NCBI GenBank assembly: GCA_030264375.1
Contig: JASCQW010000098.1
Span: 52,096,901 to 52,160,900, forward strand
Length of the DNA stretch: 64,000 nucleotides
Source of the DNA: Carcharhinus longimanus
Lineage: Eukaryota
Reading direction: 5' to 3'
Positions 37,940-51,200 of this stretch are shown here, piece after piece. Under the pieces are notes generated by a model, which worked only from the letters and a program-made list of their open reading frames with translations, searched no databases and was not told the DNA's origin. The translations under genes and the position numbers were made by a program. Position 1 is the first letter of the stretch, and every line of letters starts with the position of its first letter.

Positions 37940-38704
37940 TCTATTAATTATTTAATTAATTCCAGGTCAGGAGTGGGCACCAATGTCTTTGCAACTCCCC
38001 CATTTAAGTTTGGGGCAAGAAGGAATGAGGTCAGCCTTCCTACCCAGATCTCAGCTGACTTAACTGTCCAAAGACCCTGAAGTTCACTGCCACAGGTATA
38101 TCTCCCAGCGGTTGGAGGCGTGAGTGGGCTGTGCCATACATATCCTGGTAGGCTTGCCTGCAGCATCATCCGACCTGATTGCCTTCCCTCACTGCCTTGT
38201 GTTCAGGGATCCATAGCTGCTCCTCCTAGCAAGGACTGCTGTGGTAACCACTGCTTCTGGTGGCAGTACTCTATTGAAGAGTTATCAGTCTGCAATTGGC
38301 CAGCAGCCCAATATAAATCAGGTAGGTGACAGACTGTTCTTTTTAAATTATGCCCAAGTGCCTGGGAAGGTCCACAGTGAGGTAGTCACCAGCTGCTGGG
38401 TAGGTCCACTGCTGTATCCATTAAATTCAACCCATTGTGTGCATCTTGAAACCCTAGATTAAAAATCTTATGATCCAAAAAGATAACTGCTTAGGTCCAG
38501 TGTGCTTCCATAGTCAAGTTGTTCCAAATTGAATCACACCAAATTATTACACCAAATATTGCCTCAAAAGCACAACTTTCACATTTGCTTTATAAATCAA
38601 TGTACTGCAAAATTTATTGCTGTTAGTGAATTCAATGCAATTACAGACACTGTTTCATGATGTGAATTGCATTGATTAGCAATTGTTGTTAAACAATCTG
38701 GCAC

Positions 38705-39472
38705 CCAGTACTGAATGAGCAGAAATTTCCTCAATTCAACAATGTGAAGACAAGCCGAACTCACTCCAATCTCTGTTCCCGAATTACTAACTCCATCCCT
38801 TTTCTTGGCAACTGTCTGAGATCAAAACAGTCTGCTCACAATGATGCTGAGATAAGCTTCCAACTTCATATTTGTTTCATCACTATGACTATCTATTTCC
38901 ACCTCCGCAACGTTGCCTGACTTCACCCATCTCAGCTCATTTGCTGCTGGGACTCTTATTTCTGTCTTCATCACTTCTAGACTCGACTATTCCAATTTAC
39001 TATTGGATGATCACTCACAATCTACCTTTAATAAACTTGAGATCCTCAAAAACTCTGCTGCACATAGCCATAGCAAGTCTTGTTCAACTATCACCTTGGT
39101 ACTTGCTGACCTCTATCGATTCCTGGTCAAGGTCTTGGTTTTACAATTTTCAGATCTCTTCACACTCCTTTCCATCTCTGTAATCTCCTCCAGCCCCACA
39201 ACTCTCAGATCTATGCTCTAATTCTGGCCTATTATGCATCATCGTCCACCGTGCCTTCATTTGCCTCAGCTCCAAGGTCTGGAATGCCTCCCCTTACACA
39301 TTTTCACCTCTACTTTCTCTTCATTATGACATCTTAAAATCTACCTGAGGTCATGTGACCCAATACTTGCTGATGTGGTGTAGTGTCATACTTTGTTTGA
39401 GGATGTTCCAGTGAAGTGCATGGGGAAGTTTTACTGCATTGAAGGTGCTATACAAGTTATGTAGTTTGTTGC
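38705..39472 (+). mobile_element. L2-clade LINE 3' fragment
   Basis: LISVFITSRLDYSNLLL..KLEILKNSAA; similar to 2880-3680. Confidence 0.85.
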
Positions 39473-41293
39473 AATACACGGAATTACAAAACACTGTACA
39501 AATTTGGAGCATTAAGAAAATGTTGTAAATGAATAGCAATTAATGCAAGTTAATAATTCCATCATTAAATCAACAAATACCAGAATGGTCGAAGAAACAG
39601 TCATTCATCAAAATTGGAACACTTACTGTTGGAATTTATCATCAGCATCCTACAAGGACCTGGGATATTAGCTGCATAGTTATGGAAACAAAAAGTTATC
39701 AATAATCACAGGAAGTGCTAGGATGTGAGGTGCCCTTTATTTTTAATGTGCATCAGTAAACATTCCTTATCCTAGGAATATTACTGAAAAAAAAATAAAC
39801 CATATTGGGTGTCTAAATGAGATAGCCAATAATGAGAGTTACGTAAATAAATGATACTGCTTCTTCAAAATCACTACAAGAATGTCATTTGAAAGACTGG
39901 AAGAACCTACTGATACAAAAAACATGTCCCTTGAGGATAACCCAAATGGAAATTTGATTGGATGCCCATAAAACATCACCTTTTGGCAGATGTTTTCTTG
40001 CAAGAAAAAGCCCGAAAAAATTAATCTTGTATCACTAAGTACATAGTGAGATTTCAATGGGCAAATACAGGTGCAAGAACACTAATGTCTACACCATCCA
40101 GTTCAATTGTGTGACATCTCATGAGCTTGCTACAACATCCATATGATCAACAAGATGCAGAATCTTGACTAGACGTCTTCAGCAGCATCTCTCAAAACAG
40201 TTTTTACCATTTAGAAGAGCCAAGGGCTGTAAGTGCACAGGAACACCATCAGCTCTGAACTTTTCTCCACGTCAAATATTGTCCTGTCATAACATGTATT
40301 GTCATTTCCTCGTTAATCACTGGGTCAAAATCTTGCCACGCCCCATCTGGCAGCATTGTTGGAGTACTTGCACCATGTGGATGGCAGCTATGCAAAAAAA
40401 TGACCATCGCCTCCTCAGGGCAATAAATACTGACTTTACTCAGAATACTCACATTTCAGCAACAGATCAGAAAAGTAAACACCGCTTTGAAAAATGTGAC
40501 TGTTTAATATTAACTTCCCTGTTTTTCTTGATTTCCTGTTAATATTAAGCAAGCTTTCACTCATCCAACAAAAATAAAAGTTTAAAATGCTTAACTTGGT
40601 GAAGATAATGGAGTTAAGGACAGGTTCTGTTAAGATCTTAAATGTTGCTTTACACAATCCCACAATTGTCATCAATAGCTTGCTTTTGAATTCTAGTCCA
40701 TGCGAAAGCAAATAAACACACACAACATAATGTCAGGAAGTGGTTTTGACATTTACAAAACTGCATTAATTATAATAACTGTTTCTATACTAATGAAATC
40801 AAAATGGGTGGCCTTGCGGAGAGAAGTATCGCCACACTGTCTTGTAGGACTTGCTTTCCATATTTAATGCAGTGATTCATTTTGGATGAAAAATGGCCTT
40901 TTAAAAAAACTCGGCTCATTTAAAAACTCTCCAAGTGCTATAATATATATTTAGTAATCAAGACATCCAAAGGCATTTAACAGCATTTCATTAGACTAAA
41001 AGTTACTTAAAATATTTCAAACTGTGACATTATACATTTCTTAAGTGAGTTCCAAAATGCAGCAAAAAAAAAAAGCCATTAATGGGAGACTAATCCAAGA
41101 TGCCACCACAGTGAAGTTACAAGCATTTTAAAACCTTTTTACCCTATTTTTAATTTAGCGTGGTTACAATACTTCATTCTCTTGTGTTGCACTCCCAGTA
41201 AAGGAAGTTTCAGAATTGGATTTTTTTTTAAAATGTGATATAGGAGTTTGCTAGCTTGCACAATACAATTTTAACAAGAGCAAAAAAAAATCT

Positions 41294-42412
41294 TCATCCA
41301 TCTCTACAATCAGCATAATTTCCTTTGATCCAGAAACAAATCTGTGCATATTTCAGAGGGGTGATGCGAACCGCCACATTGTAATCCTGCTGCATACCAT
41401 TCTTATCCACCCATTGGTGTCCTGAAAATATTCCAATCACTTTTCGCTCCCATTTCCGACTGTGCCTTTTCCACATTCGGATGTAAACACCTGAGCCACT
41501 GGCTCCTGGCTGAGCATCACAGTGCTGATACAGGAGGTCAGAGGTTTCATCTTTAACCAAGCAGAAACGATAGACGAGATCTCCTGGTCGATCATTGTCA
41601 AATCCAGAAAAGTGAATCCTGCCACCAGGCAGTCTTCCCAGAGGAGGAGTAATTCCTATTTTCATGAAGGGTTTCTTGTGAGGTCTTTTTAGTTCCAGAA
41701 GTGCGTAGTCATAATCCATGCCAATATCGTTTGCTGAACCTTTAATCCATCCTTTTGGAACATGTGTCCGCTTTACTCGTATCCAATGGAACCTAGGTTT
41801 TTCTGGAGAAAGGAAGCTGGATTTATTCGTGGCTTTCCCAGTCTCCTTTTGTTTTGGTTTAAAAAATCCAACTTTCATCTTTTGGGCACCCTTCACATAG
41901 TTCTTGCCATCATGAATACAGTGAGCAGCAGTTAGGACATGCTTCTCAGCTACTAAAGTTCCAGTGCAACCTGTGGAGATTTTCACGGATGTTGAGAAAG
42001 GATAGTTGAATAGAAAGTTTTTTGCCAAGATGCTGAATCGGCCATCCAGGCCAAAGATTTGCCTTTTTGCTCTTCGACCACTCCCGTGATTCTGTTGGTT
42101 TATCAAATCGGCAGCATTGAAGCCATAGATGTCCACATTTGTGAGAGTCCTACTTCCGTTTAGGTATAGAGTTTCATAAGACAAATATTCTTTTAGGTCT
42201 TCGTATGTTGGTAGAGGTGCTCTTTTGTGGCACTCTAATTCACACGGAGATGTTACTTCTAGCTTTGCTTTGCCTTTAAAATGCGCTGTCTCCAGTGCCA
42301 CAGTCTCTTGAGGCAAAACAGCAGGTATGTAAGTTTTCTGCCATTCTGCCTTAAGCATTATCACATGCTTAATGGAACAAAGAAAAATGACTAGTGCTGG
42401 CGCTGTTACCAT
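41294..42412 (-). CDS. PRSS23: Serine protease 23 (trypsin-like S1 family), single coding exon, 372 aa
   Basis: Translation matches vertebrate PRSS23 as I recall it: LSYETLY, furin site RRAKR|QIFG, YPFSTSVK, catalytic His TAAHC, Asp DYALLEL, Ser GASGS, C-terminus YAQICFWIKGNYADCRDG. The likely start is Met37 of the 408-aa ORF (ctcaccATGg, strong Kozak), followed by the hydrophobic signal MVTAPALVIFLCSI. Confidence 0.96.
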   Translation of the reverse strand: MVTAPALVIFLCSIKHVIMLKAEWQKTYIPAVLPQETVALETAHFKGKAKLEVTSPCELECHKRAPLPTYEDLKEYLSYETLYLNGSRTLTNVDIYGFNAADLINQQNHGSGRRAKRQIFGLDGRFSILAKNFLFNYPFSTSVKISTGCTGTLVAEKHVLTAAHCIHDGKNYVKGAQKMKVGFFKPKQKETGKATNKSSFLSPEKPRFHWIRVKRTHVPKGWIKGSANDIGMDYDYALLELKRPHKKPFMKIGITPPLGRLPGGRIHFSGFDNDRPGDLVYRFCLVKDETSDLLYQHCDAQPGASGSGVYIRMWKRHSRKWERKVIGIFSGHQWVDKNGMQQDYNVAVRITPLKYAQICFWIKGNYADCRDG

Positions 42413-42428
42413 GGTGAGTGGCGATTTG

Positions 42429-42457
42429 CTGTTGAAAAAAAAGACTTTGGTTAGTGC
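42429..42457 (-). promoter_or_regulatory. PRSS23: Splice acceptor of the PRSS23 coding exon (branch point, polypyrimidine tract, AG)
   Basis: Minus strand reads CACTAAC-caaagtc-TTTTTTTTCAACAG|caaatcgccactcaccATG. The exon starts at 42428, 16 nt before the ATG. Confidence 0.85.
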
Positions 42458-42589
42458 TTTTAATAACTTCATTTCCTTGCGCCAGCTCCAAAAATTAACT
42501 CCTAAAGTGATAACATTCATGAAATACTAATGTGACAGCTGGATAGCACCACACTCTGCTGATTGTTAATGCAAGTTCTCTTTCTGCAT

Positions 42590-43700
42590 TGGGAAGCTAC
42601 ATACAAAGCATGTGGATGCTGGAATTTTAAAATGCTGCACACATTTAAAGCAGGTTACAGCAGCATCTGAAGAGAGGAACAGAGTTTGCGTTTCCAGTCT
42701 GTGGCCTTCCATCAGAATGGGGAAAAGTAATAGGTTTTGAGCAAGGGGTGAGCGTACAAGGACGAAAAGGATTTGTAATAGGGTGAAAGACAAGAGAGGG
42801 GAGAGTCAAAGAGAATGGAAATTGAGGTCAGAAAGAGGAACAAAGAAACAAAAGAGATTTGCCTAGAGCAGGTGTGCTGCTGACTGCAAGCAAAAATAGA
42901 AGGAAAAGCAAAACACACAAAAGGAAGGAAACAAAACTGGCACCGAGAGTTAATCCCAGGCTGTATAGTGCCTAACTGAAAGACAAGGTGCTGTTCCTTA
43001 AGCTTTACTGCAACAGTGCAGTAGACTGATACAGAAATGTCAGTGTGTGAGCAAGGTACAGAATTAAAACGACAGGCCACATCAAGCTCAGGGCCATGCT
43101 TACAGACTGAATGATGTTCCACAAAACAGTTGCCCATCTACATTGGGTCCCCACCACGTGTAGAGGAGAGTGCATTGTAAACAGCCAATGCAGTAGACTA
43201 GACTGACAGGAGCATACACAAATCACCGCTTCACCTGGAAGGAGTACATGAAGCTGTGGACAGTTAGGGAGGTGGAGAGAGAGAAGCAAAAGACCAGCTC
43301 CTGTTAGTGTGTGGAAAATAGTATTGCAGGAGTGAGAAGGGGTGACTGAAGAATAGACCAGGCAACATATAATTTACAGACCCTTTGGAAAGCTGAAAGG
43401 GGAAGGGATGGGTTTAGTGGCAGAAAATGATCTGTTGAATACTGGTAGGGTATGAGACAAGGGCAAGGGGAATCCTATGGTGGTTCCAGGAGGTAGTGGA
43501 AGGGGAAGGAGGTGCAGACAGCGTGGCAAACATTAGGTATATGTTTTCTGCAATTAGCTTCTGTGTGACAGACATGGTTGAGGGAAAGGGCCCAGTCAAC
43601 TAGTGTCTGGGTGGGTGGGAAGAAGAATAATCCTTGGTTGAGGAAATCAACACATCAAAAGCATTCTGATACAACACTGGATTAGAAACAGATGTGACAC
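42590..43700 (-). mobile_element. Decayed Penelope-like retroelement, 3' part (GIY-YIG endonuclease and terminal repeat)
   Basis: ORF fragments GTQCR / CFVEH..CKHGPELDVACRFNS...KLKEQHLVFQLGTIQPGIN resemble a PLE GIY-YIG C-terminus. The terminal repeat carries a CTGATGG..GAAA remnant at 42688-42715. Confidence 0.75.
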
Positions 43701-44613
43701 AAACTAGGGGTAAGCCTACTGTGCTATTTCCAGTTTCTGCAAGGTAGAGGAAATGCAAAAATTCCACCTACAAGTTTGCTGCCAGATACTTTGCTAAGGT
43801 GGCAGACATTTTAAGATAAAATACTTCCTTTTGTGTGGGGAAAGAAATTGAAAGTGGCATGTTTTTCTTTAGACTTTTCAGAGAAAACTAAATTTGCAGA
43901 CGAGAGTTGCATCTCAACCAGAATCATCTGAATTCAATGTGTGTTCCAGTTTTGTGAGATGACGCATTTTTAGCTTTAGCATTAGGCAATATCCGGGTGG
44001 GTGTTTCAAACATTTGGTATTTCAATAAAGGCAAACAAAAGGCATACTGTCCCTTCGAACTGTAAAAAACAATAGCTATACAGTATTATAAGCTNNNNNN
44101 NNNNNNNNNNNNNNNNNNNNNNNNNNNNNNNNNNNNNNNNNNNNNNNNNNNNNNNNNNNNNNNNNNNNNNAAAGTAAAGAACATCTTTTGATCTTCACAA
44201 TATCTTACCGTTACCCAATACTGAAGGAAGTCAATTGAAACACTTCTACAGCACTTAACCATTAAAGTGGCTACTGGAGCGGTCTCCATAGAAATCTTCA
44301 TAAATGTTAAGGTCAGCTGGAGGTATATTTTTAAATATATGGCAAGAGTTCTACCCATTCAACCATGAGCAGGACATGCAGTTTTTAAATACTGGTGGTA
44401 TTACTGATTGATTTTATTTTCAGCAAACTAAAAGAAAATCATCAATTGAGCCAATTATCTGGATTATCCTCCTGTTCCCAGTATTTCTCTCCCCACCTTC
44501 CCATTACTCTTGTGAGGATAGATATCTCCCAACAATCTGGCTGAAAGTATGAAAATAAATACTTTATATGCTGCAGCTAGATTTCTGGTTCAGGTTGACT
44601 TTCCTCAAGTGAT

Positions 44614-44903
44614 ATAGTGGTTAACACTGCTGCCTCACAGCACCAAGGACCCAGATTCAATTCCTAGCTTAGGTCACTGTCTGTGTGGAGTTTGCATATT
44701 CTCCCCTTTTCTGCGTGGGTTTCCTCCCACATCCCAAAGATGTGCGGGTTAGATGGACTGGCTATGCTAAATTGCCCCTTAGTGTCCCCTTGGGGGTGAG
44801 TTAGGGTAAATGCATAGGGTTATGGGGATAAAACCTGGGTGGGATTGTAGTCAGTGCAGACTCGATGGTCCAAATGGCCTCCTTCTGCACTGCAGGGATT
44901 CTT
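44614..44903 (+). mobile_element. HE1-like V-SINE with CR1-derived tail
   Basis: tRNA head, V-domain and gactcgatggtccaaatggcctccttctgcactg tail. Confidence 0.85.
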
Positions 44904-46429
44904 TGGCACTCCAGCTAAGATATGGATGTCATCAGCCAACTCAAATGGCATACCTCAGTGATAGGGACCAACATTCCTCAGACATGAAAATTGGCAGATG
45001 TTGCCCAAAAATAATGCACGTACTTGCAAAATATCCATTCATTGAATCTTGGCCTGACTAATTCAAACTCTATTTAAGATGGATTTTGGTAAACCATTGT
45101 CAAAACCAAAGGTTGTGGCACCTTTGCACCACCTCAAATTTAAAGCTAATTATACAAATGGAAAATATAAATTAAACATTCTCTGTCTTAGTTGCTCTTA
45201 TTCATACCTAACACACACCACATGGAAAATGTCTAAAATTATCTGTTGGCAATCCAAGGGGTATTCAACCTGAAGGGACTCACGAAGAAAGCAATGGTCT
45301 GATGACAAATGAGGAATAATTCCAACTCACCAGGCCCTATTTTACCATTTTGATTCTAAGTGCTGGGCGGATTTGAAACTGGGAGTGTTTCAGATCTGAT
45401 TTGCATTCTGCAGTGCCCCCATACGCACTCTACTTGCAAAAACATCAGTGATTTTGAATCAATGCACAAGCCTGTGGGCAGGGCTTAACGACCCAAAATC
45501 CTACAGCTCCAATCAGTGCCTCCAACTGCGCATACGCTGAAAAAAAAGGTAGAAGGTTGTTCCCCTACCACATCCCTCCCTCTGGCCCCTCACAGACATT
45601 GCCCCGCTCCCACATTACTGACCCATTATCATCCCACACTCTCGCCACTCAGACTGATTACGGGACCTCCCCCATTCCCACCCCTCCCCCACTGATCTCA
45701 GGCAGAGTGACAGCTGACCTCCCCCCCCCTCCACTGATCTCAAGCAGAGAGTCATTGGACGCTTGGTACCTACCTCCCTCACACTAACTGGAGTGCCCGA
45801 ATCGGATTTCTGTGGAGCATGTCTGTTTTGTGCCAATTCTGGATGGGCAAGCGTGGTGATAAAGGGTGAAGTGCTGGTAAGGTTCAGCAAAAACAGATAT
45901 ATGCCCAATATACAGAAATTAATGAAATATGATAGACAATCATGGCTGTCCATCTCAATTCCTTGTTAAGGTCTAGGAGCCAGCAATCTGGCCGACATTC
46001 ACTCATGTTGGAGGAGGCCCAACAACATAATGCAGAAAACCTTGAAGTAAAAACTTGTTCTTGTGTAATTGTTAGTTCTTAGGATGTACTGACAGCCGTT
46101 CTCCAGCAGCAATTAGAAAGCCCCAAAGTCCTATTCTACAGCTGCACTCCACTCTGATTTTCTAATGCAAGGTCCCTTCCAAGCCAACCCTGTGTGTCAA
46201 CACCGATAACTCCTGATCAGACATTAGCAATATGAATCACATTAGTTTAGTCTAACCAAGAATAAATACTCCACTAAGCAATTTAAATAACAGATATTTT
46301 GTCAAAAAACTGTTAATGTAATAGATATTAAGTGATATTTATTTTTTTTGTGGTTTGCATACCTCAAAAGGAGGTACAAATTAATTCTGATGATTATATG
46401 ATGTAAATACACACAAAAATTGATGGAAT

Positions 46430-48140
46430 TATTCTGCAGCACTGGCACCTGGAGAGAAAGAGTTAACATTTAAGATTTTTGTTTTAACTGGAAAAATCAT
46501 GTACTTGCTTGTTACGAAGGCAAGAAGTGTGGGTGGAGAGGAGAGAACAAAAGGCAAGGTCTGTGTTACAGTGGAAGGCAGGAGGGATTAAATGAATAAC
46601 AGAATCATTACCAACAGCTGTCAATTGAAAATAAGAAACTGGAGCAGTGGTTACAATCTGAAATTACTGAACTCAAAATATGGAGTTAGGAAGGTTGAAA
46701 AGTGCTTTTCATAGGTGAGCAGCTGTTTCTTCAGCTTTATTGAAGCAATGTTCCTTCTTTGTTCATTCAGGGGACATTGGCATCTCTAGCTGGCCACCAT
46801 TTATTGTCCATCCCTAGTTGCCCTTGGCTAGGCCATTTCGGAGGGCAGTTGAGAGTCAACCACATTACTGTAACTTTGGAGGCCAGACCAGGTAAGGATG
46901 GCAGATTTCTTTCCCTGAAGGACATTAGTGAACCAGGTGGGTTTTTTTCCAACAATCAGCAATGGTTTCATGATCATCAGTAGATTCTTAATTCCAGATT
47001 TTTTTTTATTGAATTCAAATCCCATCATCTGCCGTGGCAAGATTTGAACTCAGGTTCCCAGAACATTAGCTGAGTTTCTGGATTAATAGTTTAGCGATGA
47101 TACCACTAGGCCATTGTCACCAATGTTAGAAGCAAGAAGAGAAAAGTCAGTGTGATTAAGATGGAGTATTAAAATGGAAAGTGATAGTCGCACTTGTATG
47201 CTGAACACAGGGGTTCAGTAGAACAGTCACCTAATCTGCATTTGGTCTCTCCAACGTATAGGAGGTTGCACTGTAAGTAGTGAATACTGTTCAAAGTGTA
47301 CAGGTAAATCTCTATGTCACTCCAAATATTTGGGGCTCTCAAAAAGGGGAGGTCAAAAGGACAGATGGAAAATTGCCCAGGTATGTACTGTCCACAAAGC
47401 CGACCAAATCCAACCCAGGCAATTACTGGCAAGTCTAATCCCAGTCATCAGCATGGTGATAGAAAGCTGTTGTCAGTGCCATTGAACTGCAATTATCCAG
47501 CAATAACCTGCTCATCAATCCTCAATTAAGGTTCCACAAATGCCACTGAGCTCCTGATCTCATTACAGCCTTACAGCAAGCATGAATAAAAAGAGTTGTG
47601 CTCAAGAGGGGAGGGGAGATAAACTGACCTTGACACTAAAGGAGCCTGGCAAACTGGAGTCACATCCTGAGGGAAAGTGAAAAGCTGTTGCATTTCCTGC
47701 ACTAGATGGAAGGCACGATGGGAAAAAAGTGCTGCTAGGAGTGTGGTGATTAAGAAGTGGACCAGTCTGCAACTCTGGGAATGGTCCCTTTGAGATGCTG
47801 AAAAGGGACAGGATGGCAAGTTGTAATTAATATGAGTTCGTGCTCAAGCTGGAGGAAATGGCAAAGTTTTATGACTGGAAGGCNNNNNNNNNNNNNNNNN
47901 NNNNNNNNNNNNNNNNNNNNNNNNNNNNNNNNNNNNNNNNNNNNNNNNNNNNNNNNNNNNNNNNNNCAAGGGCTTTGTCAACCACAGTGGAGGAAATTCT
48001 CAGTTGAAGCAAAGGGACATATTGATGTGATACTGGGATAATGGAATGGAGGTTTTCAGGAAGTGTGGTGGGAGGGAGTATAATCAGGTCTGTGGAAGTC
48101 AGTGGGCATTTGGTAGGCTGTCAACCAATGCCTATCTCCC
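46430..48140 (-). mobile_element. Second decayed Penelope-like element, interrupted by a SINE (about 46755-47120) and a LINE fragment (about 47370-47640)
   Basis: GIY-YIG motif CNLLYVGETKCRLGD in ORF 47169-47432; DNA similarity to 42700-43500. Confidence 0.65.
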
Positions 48141-50074
48141 ATGCACACCAGGTGCCAAGCACATATTAGAAGTGCTATAGGCAGGAGTGACTTGCAGAAG
48201 TAGATGCACGTGTGGTATTTACCATCCGTGATGCATTACATATCAAACGTTCCACTGCTTCAGAGCTTCAACTAAATTTACACTGTAAAAGATAATATTC
48301 TGCAAACTGATTTATTATATAATAAATAACTGCCATCAGGTTTGGCCACATTTCCTATGAGTTGGAGGGTGGTGTTGATCAAAGAATTGGTCACAAAATG
48401 GCATCTTTACTGCTGTAAGTAAAGATATCAAAGATCAAGCAAGTCTGGCTGGATCTGGTGGAAGATTGAATTCTGTACTTGTTGCCACCTGAAAACGCTC
48501 AAACATGGGATATGCAGCGTTGATATGATTGAATTTTAACTACACAAAAGAGCTTTTTAAAAATAAAAATGGGCAAAATTGGCAGGAGAGGGGTACAACC
48601 TAAATGTTCAAACTCACGGTTAGTCAAATTTGAGAGTCTAACAGACTAAGAATAATTCTTTAACTAACCTTCATTAGTATTTTCACCATCAGGACTAAAA
48701 GAAAAATGTGAATGTGTCAAATTATATATATTTTTTTAAAACCACAAAGCTGTGTGCAACTAACCACTTAAGCCAGTTAGACATTGGGGAAAGAAAATGG
48801 GAATTAACATGAATCAGTTATTAAAATCTACAAAAAGCAGTTTTAGACTTCATTTATTGTAATTTAATTACACTCCTTAGATTGAACCAGTGAAACAACC
48901 CAAATGCAAAAAGTTGACATTGCTTTTTGCTTTACGGAATTGATGCTAAGAATAATGAACAAACTCCAGCTTAGCTGCAGAGAAAAAAAAATTAACTATA
49001 TACTTGGGGCTTCCAATTTTTTTAAAAAAGATCTACCTACATACCAGGAACTTGAGGTCTAATAATGCTTTTCAAGCCATCTGAAAACCAATCTTCTTCC
49101 ATCTAAGCAATACTTCCCTCTTCCCATAGATGGCAGTAGCAGATAAAGGATCTTTCTGCTTCACTTTTTGAAGCAAAGATGTCCATGTTCATCATTTGGA
49201 GGGGGTTGGGATAGGTGGAGGGGGTTGGGATAGGTGGGGGGGGGGGGGTTAGCGGTGCAGTTGTGATATGCTGGGCATTTGGGTGACTGACAAAGCCAAN
49301 NNNNNNNNNNNNNNNNNNNNNNNNNNNNNNNNNNNNNNNNNNNNNNNNNNNNNNNNNNNNNNNNNNNNNNNNNNNNNNNNNNNNNNNNNNNNNNNNNNNC
49401 ATTCTGTGTTTGGGCTTCAGCTGCTAACTTTACCAAAACTAAGTACAATTCAAAAGTAACCAGTGACTGTGTGAATTATCGGAGATGCAGGGCGCTAGAT
49501 GACGCATTAATCACAATAGCCAAGGTGCTGTGTCAGCGCTATAGTGTTAGTGTATGCCATCCCAGTGCTATAGGGCTGTAGATTCACCAGGATAAATGAC
49601 ATTGAGCTAAGTTAGAACAGAAATTGTCCAAACAAATAAAGAATGCATATAACATGAACTTTATATTGATTAGTTAAATGCCTATACTGACTAAACTGGA
49701 TGGTTTGAACATTGAAAAAACTTGTTGGGGGAGTCTGATGAAATCTATGTGATTGCTTTTCAATGCATTTTTCAGGGAGTGGCAGCAGGTGCAAGTATTT
49801 GATAACATACCACAGATGGGTGAGCTACATGAGCAATTCCTAAGGGAATTCAGTGCAAATGAATATAGAGCCAATCAAAAGTTTGTAGTGATAAAAAGGA
49901 ACAATAGAGATCACTCACACCCTTGCGGAGGTTGCATACACTAGGGTTCAAGGAGGGGTAGGAATGTATCCACTCCTCTGTCACAACTGCCACTCTGCTG
50001 GAAGGCCTCATCTTCCTTTCCCCACTGTAACTATCTTCTTCATCCCCTCTTCCCTCGTCCTCACATGTTCAAGA

Positions 50075-50245
50075 AGCTTATTTGACCTTTTGACTTTTAA
50101 GGGGCGTCTTGACAAATACATGAATAGGATGGGAATAGAGGGATATGGTCCCGTGGAGGGTAGGGGGTTTTAGTTCAGTCAGGCAGCATGGTCAGTGCAG
50201 GCTTGGAGGGCCGAAGGGCCTGTTCCTGTGCTGTAAATTTTCTTT
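50075..50245 (+). mobile_element. CR1 3' end
   Basis: FKGRLDKYM followed by the ggcttggagggccgaagggcctgttcctgtgctgt tail. Confidence 0.75.
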
Positions 50246-50299
50246 GTAATCTGCTGTTGGATTTCTGTGCTGTCTCTGACAGGAACGTAGAAAAGGAGG

Positions 50300-51200
50300 T
50301 TGCACCATTCTTTAAAATTTAGTTGCTCCAGGTGCCATGATCCTTGCTGAGCTTTGCCTGCACCTCAAAGTGGATATCAAAATGCCTGAAAGAAGCTTTG
50401 AGGATGTCCTTTGACTACCATGAGAGCATACCCCAGACTCAAGCTCAAAGATGAATTGCTTTAGTAAATGGGTGTCAGGCATTCTGACTACATGACCAAC
50501 CCAACTCCTGACTCAATATGATGTGAGTGCTTGGCATATCAGCTTGGGTGAGTACCTCTGTCTGGTATTTTGTTCTGTCTACCAATCTTCAGAAGTTTCC
50601 AAAGACAGCTTAAGTGAAAGTGGTTGAGCTTCTTGGCATAGTGCTGATGCATAGTCCAAGTTTTGCATTTGTAGAGCAGATTGGGCTGGTTGCTCTATTG
50701 ATTTTCACTTTGGTACGCAGGCTTACTCCTCTTCACTCCCAGACAGATGTCTGCCGAAGGCAACACTTGCTTTGACAATTCATGGGTGTGTCGTATAGAC
50801 AATTCAAGAGAGTGGGAAACCAAGATAGGTGAACCTTTTTCCTGTTGATAGGTTCAAATCTTGGGCTGATATATAAAAATTAGACTATGTCTACAGCTTG
50901 GGAGAGTGTACTGCTGAATATAGTGGACTTACACACTGCTGGCAGATTCTGTCATGGACTAAAATGTTAGGTTCAAGATAGAACTTCCCTAGAGTGGGCT
51001 GATACATTAAAATTAGCACAAAGAAAACTGGCCAAGGTGGTTGCATGCATTGGAGAACAAGTCCTTGCACATTCAGTTCTGAACCAGCAGCTAGTGCACA
51101 ATCATCAGCAAATAGGAAATTGCAAAGTATATCCTTAGGGTGTAAAGGAAGGGTGGCACCCTTCACAAGCAAGTCTCTACTCTCCTTGGAGTAACTCAGC
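50300..51200 (-). mobile_element. Decayed RTE-clade LINE RT fragment
   Basis: FLFADDCALAA RT motif in ORF 50891-51172, with downstream RTE-like segments. Confidence 0.65.

Noticed and set aside
42413-42520. 36-aa N-terminal extension of the PRSS23 ORF (MNVITLG...)
   Set aside because: It reads through a clear branch point, polypyrimidine tract and AG acceptor. Homology and the signal peptide begin at Met37.
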